Source: a virus
Direction: 5' to 3' (one strand)
Virus record (IMG/VR): IMGVR_UViG_3300036818_000105
Span: 1 to 64,000 of that record
Length of the DNA: 64,000 nt
Positions 57,517-64,000 of this stretch are shown here, one piece after another (position 1 is the first letter of the stretch; each line of letters opens with the position of its first letter). The position numbers and the translations under genes are program-made. A model generated the notes under the pieces. It saw only the letters and a list, made by a program, of their open reading frames with translations. It did no database searches and was not told the DNA's origin.

Positions 57517-58055
57517 CCGCCGACAACCGGGTTACCGCGCTCCGGTTCGCGATTGACGCGATGGCGGTCGACGGGAACCTGTCCGCCGCCCGCGCCGGGG
57601 ACGTCACGGCTACCGCCAGTGTCTTTTACCGCTGGCTGGAGGGCCCGGCCGTCATGGTCCTGGCCCTCGGCCCGTTCACCTACCAGCAGGCCGCCCCGGA
57701 AGGACCGGGGACGCCGACTCTTACGAAGGGAACCACAGTGCAGCTCACCGATACCCAGCAGGTCACCCTGTCCGTTGCCGAGCAGGACAGCAAGGGGCAG
57801 CCGGTCACGGGCGACGCCCTCGCCTGGTCGGTTGACAACCCGGCGGTGATCGCGGTCACCCCGTCGGCTGACTCCTACTCGTGCCTGTGCGTCGCGGGAA
57901 CGGACGGGACGGCGACGGTCACCGTGGCGGACAACAGCGTTAACCCGCCGCTGACCGCGACGGACGTGCTCACGGTCGTCTCGTCGGCCGCGACCGCCCT
58001 CGTGATCAGTGAGGGCACGGCAGAGGACCAGGCGCCGGCGGCCCCGGCGGCCTGA
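57513..58055 (+). CDS. Ig-like domain protein
   Basis: VTLSV...DSKG.PV....WSVDNPAVIAV...GTATVTV. Confidence 0.7.
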   Translation: MTADNRVTALRFAIDAMAVDGNLSAARAGDVTATASVFYRWLEGPAVMVLALGPFTYQQAAPEGPGTPTLTKGTTVQLTDTQQVTLSVAEQDSKGQPVTGDALAWSVDNPAVIAVTPSADSYSCLCVAGTDGTATVTVADNSVNPPLTATDVLTVVSSAATALVISEGTAEDQAPAAPAA

Positions 58056-58657
58056 GCCGGGCAGCCCGGGCGGCGGGGGGGAGCAGCGCAGTGCCGCCGC
58101 CCGGGCGCGCCTTGGCCCCGCTGGTCAGCCGTAATGCCACGATAGGCCTGATACGGGAGGATGCCCGGCAGGAGGCAGGTGAAGGCGTGATTACTGATAC
58201 GGCCGCGTTCGACGCGGTAACTGACCTGATGGACGAGGTCCAGCGGGGGAACCAGATGCTCGCGAGGCTCTGCGAGAAGGCGGGCATCGACGTGGCGGAG
58301 GCACGGAGGCTGCCGGGCGAGGTGCCGTCGCCGGCCAGGGCCGCGTGATGCGCCGCGTGCTGTCGCTGGCCGCGATCCTGGCTGCCGCCGTGGGCGGCCT
58401 GCTGCTGACTGGCGGCGGCGTGCACCAGGCGGTCACGTACGGCTTCGGCGCGCTATTCGGGCTCGGCGTCGGCATGGCGTGGCGGTCTCGGTGAAGGCGC
58501 GGATCTGGAAGGACCCGGAGACCGGCCGCTGGTGCTTTAACGTGCAAGGCCACGGCCTGCGCTCAACCGGCGACCGGGCAGTTTGGCGTAGCGCGGTCGA
58601 CGAGGCACTGGACGACATGCGGTGGATCGAGTCGCGCCGGCACGCGTGGAGGCGGAC

Positions 58658-59380
58658 GTGACCACCCCGCTTCCGCCCCGGCAGCCGTACCCGCCCGGCC
58701 AGCCGCCGCCTCCCCAGCAGCAGCAGCAGGACGACGCACTGGACGACGCCGCCCTTGCCGTGGCGGTCGCCGCCTTTCTCGCCGGCGCTACCGCCGCTGC
58801 CGCGGGCGGCGGGGTCGCCGTGATGCTCGCCGCGCTCAAGCTCCGGTTCGCCCTGACGTCCGCCGCGTGGTCGGCGCTCGGCGCGGTGCTGACCCTCGTC
58901 ACCGAGCACCCCCCGGCGGTTACCGGCATCATCGGGCCCGCGTCAGCGCAAACCTCGCGGATGAACACGGCACGGCGGGCCCAGTACGTGATCGCGGCGT
59001 CTAAGCGGGTACTCGGGGCGGCGCGGGGGGCGCGGTCGAAGGGCCTGCCGGTGATCGCGGCGGTACAAGCCCAGCTCGCTAAGGAGCGGCGGTTCTACTC
59101 CCAGCACATGGCGGCGATGTGGAACCGGGCGGCAGCGGCGGGGAAGACAGACATGGCGGCAGCGGAACACGGGGACCTGCTTGGTTGGCTGGCCATGAAA
59201 AGCGCCACTACGTCGCCCGAGTGCAAGGCGGCCTCGGGGTGGAACTACCACGCGTCAGCCATGCCGGACATAGGTTACCCAGGGTCAGTACATCCTCACT
59301 GTAAGTGCATACCTGTTGCTCCCTGGCCGGGCGGGAAGCTGCTGCCGAGCCGTGGTGCAAGGTTTGCGAGGGCGGCATGA
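58658..59380 (+). CDS. MuF/gp7-like head morphogenesis protein
   Basis: LGW.A....TSPEC..A.G.N...PG.VHPHCKC. Confidence 0.8.
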   Translation: MTTPLPPRQPYPPGQPPPPQQQQQDDALDDAALAVAVAAFLAGATAAAAGGGVAVMLAALKLRFALTSAAWSALGAVLTLVTEHPPAVTGIIGPASAQTSRMNTARRAQYVIAASKRVLGAARGARSKGLPVIAAVQAQLAKERRFYSQHMAAMWNRAAAAGKTDMAAAEHGDLLGWLAMKSATTSPECKAASGWNYHASAMPDIGYPGSVHPHCKCIPVAPWPGGKLLPSRGARFARAA

Positions 59381-60698
59381 CGACATCCGGCCGGATCGTG
59401 ATCTCTGTCGGTCCCGGCGATGACCTGGCCGACGTCGCGTGCGGGCTCGCAGCCGAAGCGGGACTGCCGCTCGGTGAGTGGATGAGGGACAAGGTAATCG
59501 AGCGGCGTTATCCCGGGCGGGGGCACCGGCAGGTACCCGTCGTGGACGCCGGTCACGGTTTCGAGGCCGAGGTAGACGAGGGCATCGCGTCGGACATCCT
59601 GCTGCTGTGGCGGAACGGCATCGAGACGGTGTTCTCCTGCCAGCACCTAGCCCGCGACGGCCGCCAGGTTGTAATCCGGCATGTCAGCGACCTGCGCCGT
59701 GCCGCAGCCCTGCTGCCGTGGGCGACATGCGGCACTTCCAACCTGCTTGAGTACGCCGCTCTGACCGAGCACTGCCAGGGGCAGTGGCTGGACTGGCCTC
59801 ACGTCTGGGAGAGGAGCGCGCCGTGACCTGGCGTGACCTGAAGCCGCTTGACGGCTGGTACGAGCTGGAGCGCCCGGAGGTGTCGGAGGAAAACGGTTCC
59901 GCCCTCGCCGGGTTCCCGCATGGCGGGCACATCGCGCTGGACTTCAACGACCCCCAGTCCCGTGAGTGGTTCGCTGAGTGGCTGCGGTCTAAGCGGGGCT
60001 GGACGGCGTTCATGGCCTGGGTCGATGAGAAGCGGTGACGCACATGAGCCAGCGCATCTGGAAAGACCAGGAGACCGGCATGTGGCACTTCGACGTGCAA
60101 GGCCACGGCCTGCGAGCCGCCGGTGTCCGCAGTACCCGGCAGGCCGCACTCGCTGAGGCGCTCGACGGTTTCTGGAAATTCTGCGCCGGCATAGGAGAGC
60201 TTGCCGAGGCGGGCACGCTGCCGCTGGCCGTGAGACGCGAGTCTGTGACGGTGAGGTCCGCATGAGCGCTCAGGTCATCGCCGCGCTGCGCAGGCGCGCG
60301 GACACGCTGGAAGCGGACGCGAAGGTCTTCCGCGCTGACCGCGAGGTGGCCTTCAGGTACGCGCCCACCGTCGGGGATGCAGCGGCAGTGAATCCCGGCC
60401 TGCTGCGGTTCGTTGCTGCCGAGTTCCGCAAGCTGGCCGACGAGGCCGAGGGGTACGAGCTGCAGGCCGGAAGCGGGGGCGCAACGTGATCAAGGACCCT
60501 GAGGCCGGCGACTTCGTCACGCTGTCCGGCCGGATCGTCAGCGTCAACAGGGGCACGGCGCTGGTAGAGGTCTACCGCTCCGACCCGGTTGGCCTGCGCG
60601 TCCCGGTGCAGTGCGGGGCACTGGAGCACGTTGAGCCGGTTGCGGACGCTGACCGTCCCGCCGAGCGCGTGCCGCTAAGTTCCATGGACTGGGAGTAG
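59377..60698 (+). other. second accessory gene array in the head module
   Basis: 59377-59826, 59823-60038, 60035-60265, 60262-60489, 60486-60698, all coupled. Confidence 0.7.
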
Positions 60699-60701
60699 CC
60701 G

Positions 60702-62696
60702 ATGACCGTCACTGCCCGGCCTAAGCCCGTGATTGCGGCCCCTGTCGCCCCGCCTCCGGCCCCGCCCCGCCGCCGCGGCATGACCCCGCTGACCCCGATG
60801 CGGGTGCAAACCGCGAAGTCGATGAGCAGGCTCGCCGACCACCTGCAGAAGGACAGCCCGGACCTGCCCGCGCACCAGCACCTGCGCGACGCGGCGAGGA
60901 CTCTCCGGGCCGGGAACGAGGAGGCGTCGCAGCGGCACCTGCGCGCGGCCATGTTCTCCCTCACCCCGCAGAGCTTGATGCGGAACGGCCAGCACACCGA
61001 CGACGCGCACCTCGCGGCACGGCAGGCCATGCACGGGCTTCACCGGCATCTCCTGCTGGTGAAGGACATCAGCGATGTCGCGGCGAGGAACCAGGCGGCT
61101 ATCCGGCGGGACTCCTACGACGACGACTCCTCCTCCCCGCCCCCCCTGACCTCCCCGGTGCGAGCCGGCCCGAACGCGGGGTACGGTCCCGGTGCGCTGG
61201 CGCAGAAGCCGGCCGTCCGGCAGCCACCGGGGAACCAGGCGCTGAACGCCCCGGCGAGGGCGGGAACAGGAAAGCCGGACCCCAACGTTGCCGACCCGGT
61301 CGGGCCGCAGCCGAGGGGATCGAAGCAGTTCGCGTACGGGTGGGATGACCTGTCGGCAGTTGTGGAGCTGGCGAGCCGCCCGAAAGTCACTGAGCTGAGC
61401 GCCGCTTCCCGTCTCAAGGCACATGACACCGCGTCGGCTACCGCGCACCGGACCGCGTCCGAGCACGCGAAGATGGACGAGGCGCGCAACGCGCACGGCG
61501 AGTTCGCCAAGGTCGGCGTAGCGGACCTCGTGCTGCACCATGACGGCACGGTGGGAAGCAAGAAGACCAAGGCCGCGATCGGCAGCCTGGCCCATGAGGA
61601 CGGTAAGTGGGCCGCGACCCACGCTGACGGGACCGTCACTAAGCACGCCACCAAGCAGGCCGCCCTCGCGGCGATAGTCACCCGCCACAACAAGGCCGGC
61701 AAGGCGGCGGCGATCGCGGCCCCGGGGAAGCCTGCAACGGCCGCCGTCCCTCCTGACTCGCACCCGGCCGGCGATCTCGCCGCGCCGGGCAAGCCAGCCG
61801 CGGCGAAGGCGGGGCCGGCACCGCAGGCACCCGCCCCGGCGGCCGCGAAGGTGCCCATCGTGCACGCGGCCGACCTCACTGTCCACAAGGACGGGTCGGT
61901 TACCAGCAAGAAAACCGGCGCCCAGGTCGGCGCGATCAGCAAGGCCGGGGCGGGTTACAGCGCCACGCACGCTGACGGCACGGTCACCCAGCACGCGACG
62001 AAGGTCGCTGCCGTCAAGGCCGTCGTGACCAGCCACAACAAGGCGGCCAAGGGCGCGGCAGCCGGGAATGCCGGCGCCTCCTCGCTAAAGCCGAAGCCGT
62101 CAGCCCCGGCAGCGGCGGCAAAGGCCGCCGCCGCGCAGCCGCCGCAGCCGAAGCTGTCCCAGGCGGAGAAGCGGCGGCTCACCGGTATCTGGTCCGTCTC
62201 GTACCGGTACTCAGGCAAGTCGGGCGGGGCAGGCAAGGAAGGCCAGGATTTCACTGACGAACTGCACCGGCTGCTGTCCACGAACAAGCCGCCGGACGTA
62301 TGCGGGAAGGGCTGCCAGGAAGCGCACAAGTTCCTGTCCATGGTCGACCAGGATGCCACCGTGCAGCACAAGGAACTGCGGCGCGGCATCACGCTGGACG
62401 CCGCGGACGCGAAGCGGATGTTCACCCCGGGCAAGACCATGGACATGCCAGCCGCGTCATGGACAACCAAGGCCTCTACCGCAGTGCAGTTCTCGAAAGG
62501 CGACGCGGGGCCGGGAAAAACGAAGGTCATCCTGCACACGGCGCCGCCGGCGAAAGGCCTGGACATAGCCGGCATGTCGAATTACCCGACGGAAGCCGAA
62601 GTGGTCACCGGCGGCCGGTACTCGGTGGACTCGGTGAAGACCGTGAAGGGAGTCATGCACGTGTACGTGACCCAGGGGGACTTCAGTGCTCACTAA
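60702..62696 (+). CDS. modular head-associated protein with C-terminal ADP-ribosyltransferase domain
   Basis: R-S-E motifs LRRG, ASWTT..A.QF, EAEVV; two ~60-aa internal repeats. Confidence 0.75.
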   Translation: MTVTARPKPVIAAPVAPPPAPPRRRGMTPLTPMRVQTAKSMSRLADHLQKDSPDLPAHQHLRDAARTLRAGNEEASQRHLRAAMFSLTPQSLMRNGQHTDDAHLAARQAMHGLHRHLLLVKDISDVAARNQAAIRRDSYDDDSSSPPPLTSPVRAGPNAGYGPGALAQKPAVRQPPGNQALNAPARAGTGKPDPNVADPVGPQPRGSKQFAYGWDDLSAVVELASRPKVTELSAASRLKAHDTASATAHRTASEHAKMDEARNAHGEFAKVGVADLVLHHDGTVGSKKTKAAIGSLAHEDGKWAATHADGTVTKHATKQAALAAIVTRHNKAGKAAAIAAPGKPATAAVPPDSHPAGDLAAPGKPAAAKAGPAPQAPAPAAAKVPIVHAADLTVHKDGSVTSKKTGAQVGAISKAGAGYSATHADGTVTQHATKVAAVKAVVTSHNKAAKGAAAGNAGASSLKPKPSAPAAAAKAAAAQPPQPKLSQAEKRRLTGIWSVSYRYSGKSGGAGKEGQDFTDELHRLLSTNKPPDVCGKGCQEAHKFLSMVDQDATVQHKELRRGITLDAADAKRMFTPGKTMDMPAASWTTKASTAVQFSKGDAGPGKTKVILHTAPPAKGLDIAGMSNYPTEAEVVTGGRYSVDSVKTVKGVMHVYVTQGDFSAH

Positions 62697-64000
62697 ATCA
62701 GGACTGCCCGGCTGGTTCCCGGAGGACTTCAAGACCGACCCGGCACTGCTGGCGGCGTTCGAGGACGACGCAGAGTGGCACGCGACGGGCAGGAAGCAGG
62801 ACGGCCACGCGCATGCCCGCACCTGGGATGAGCTCGCCGCCGTCATCGAGCTGTCGGCCAGGACGGCCGCACTTGAGGTGACCCCGGCCCCGTACGGCAA
62901 GCCAGGCGGCAAGGGCCTGTATGACGTGAAGGGGCTCAGTCACACCCCTTACTTCGAGCAGGTCGTCAAGGCGCTGCGCGGGCGCGGCATGGACAAGGGC
63001 AAGGCCTCAGCGGTCGCGTACGGGGCGCTGCGGAAGTGGGCGGCGGGCGGCGGCAAGGTCCATCCCGAAGTCCGCGCTGCGGCCACCGCCGCACTGGCCG
63101 GGGAGAAGGCGATCGGCGCGTCCGCTAAGGCGGTCCACGGGCACGCCAACCGGCCGCGCCGTGTCATTGACCTCGACTGGGCGGCGTGGGACGCCGGCCA
63201 CGGCGAGGCGTCGGTTAAAGCCCACGACACGGCCAGCGCCACGGCGAGCAGGGACGCGAAGGCGAAGATGGCGGCGGACCACCTCCACGCGGCAGCGGAC
63301 CAGGCGGACCGGAAGTTCCCGTCCGCCAGCGCGGGCAGCGACATCCACGCGGCCGCCGACTCGTTCTCCGCCGGCGACGCGCAGGGGGCGCACCAGCACC
63401 TCGCCGACGCCCGCTCGAAGCTGAGGGGCGCGAGCGAGGCCAAGGGAAAGGTCCCCGGCCGCGATCCCGTCGCCAATGACTTCAGCGGCCTCGACAGCAC
63501 CCTGAAGCAGGGCCAGGGCCAGGCGCAGATGATGGCCCAGCAGCAGGATGACGACGCGAAGGCGGCAGCGAAGATGGCGAAGAAGGCGGCGAGGGCGCAG
63601 AACCACGCGGTGACGTGGGCTGACGTGGCGAGGGTGGTCGAGCTGGCCGCTAACCCGGCCCAGCCCAGGGTTGCCTCCGGGAGCACAGGGGCGGGGCAGT
63701 TCACGTCCGGGGCCAGCACCGCCCCGGCGGCCGCGCCGCCCCCGGCCGGCGGGAAGAGCGTCGCCAGCCAGACGGCCAGCGCCACCGCCAAGGCGACGAT
63801 CGCCAAGAAGGCGCAGCAGAAGGCGGCGCTGATGAAGACGGCGGCGCAGGCCCGTGCTAAGGCCGACGCCCTCGAAGCGCAGATGCACACGCTGAAGCAG
63901 GAACTGGCGAGCGCGTCCGGGGCGACGTCCAGCGGCCAGTCCGGCAGCACCACGTCCGCCGGCAGTTCCACGACCAGTTCCGGCGCCTCCACCACGGCGA
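62686..64000 (+). CDS. modular head-associated protein, runs off right edge (not in ORF track)
   Basis: Hand translation MLTKSGLPGWFPED..PYGKPGGKGLY..KWAAGGGKVHPEVRAAA..NPAQPRVASGSTGAGQF; no stop before the window end. Confidence 0.75.
   Translation, partial: MLTKSGLPGWFPEDFKTDPALLAAFEDDAEWHATGRKQDGHAHARTWDELAAVIELSARTAALEVTPAPYGKPGGKGLYDVKGLSHTPYFEQVVKALRGRGMDKGKASAVAYGALRKWAAGGGKVHPEVRAAATAALAGEKAIGASAKAVHGHANRPRRVIDLDWAAWDAGHGEASVKAHDTASATASRDAKAKMAADHLHAAADQADRKFPSASAGSDIHAAADSFSAGDAQGAHQHLADARSKLRGASEAKGKVPGRDPVANDFSGLDSTLKQGQGQAQMMAQQQDDDAKAAAKMAKKAARAQNHAVTWADVARVVELAANPAQPRVASGSTGAGQFTSGASTAPAAAPPPAGGKSVASQTASATAKATIAKKAQQKAALMKTAAQARAKADALEAQMHTLKQELASASGATSSGQSGSTTSAGSSTTSSGASTTA

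Larger units (their letters stand above)
55489..58661 (+). other. accessory gene array between portal and MuF-like gene
   Basis: 55489-55998, 55995-56171, 56168-56407, 56404-56670, 56667-56978, 57037-57516, 57513-58055, 58187-58348, 58348-58494, 58491-58661; mostly coupled. Confidence 0.7.
1..64000. mobile_element. Temperate actinophage/prophage segment with an embedded actinomycete ICE-like transfer module
   Basis: Terminase, portal, MuF-like, lysis, repressor switch and early recombination genes; dense ATGA/GTGA-coupled small ORFs; no host housekeeping genes; both ends lie outside the window. Confidence 0.93.

Noticed and set aside
1-64000. tRNA, rRNA, diversity-generating retroelement or retron
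   Set aside because: No cloverleaf, rRNA-like tract or reverse transcriptase seen by eye; the 41.4/51.3 kb repeat differences are not adenine-specific. A covariance-model scan was not possible

Overview
The whole window is part of a very GC-rich actinobacterial (pro)phage genome; family calls below come from motif recognition, not database searches. Order of modules: a leftward early operon (DUF5131, HNH, Gp3-like, exonuclease); a Cro/CI-like switch; an Ltp superinfection-exclusion lipoprotein; a replication gene with internal iterons; an actinomycete ICE-like transfer module (tandem NUDIX, GntR, Xis-like, two WhiB, NlpC/P60, TraB/FtsK-like, SpdB2-like); a leftward lysis cassette with a GH16; a long array of small genes; TerS, an intein-containing TerL, portal, MuF-like protein and head-associated polyproteins including an ADP-ribosyltransferase. 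No integrase, major capsid, tail, tRNA, rRNA or CRISPR array is visible. Top observations: (1) two tnpA-less but catalytically intact TnpB genes whose predicted guides match neighbouring phage genes (portal; a Gly-rich gene) except at synonymous third-codon positions, suggesting RNA-guided weapons or homing drives against related phages; (2) the 5' end of the portal gene is interrupted by 7-nt and 5-nt TAG/TTA-containing inserts that look like translational-bypass elements; (3) a phage carrying a TraB-type conjugation module with a clt-like repeat array.
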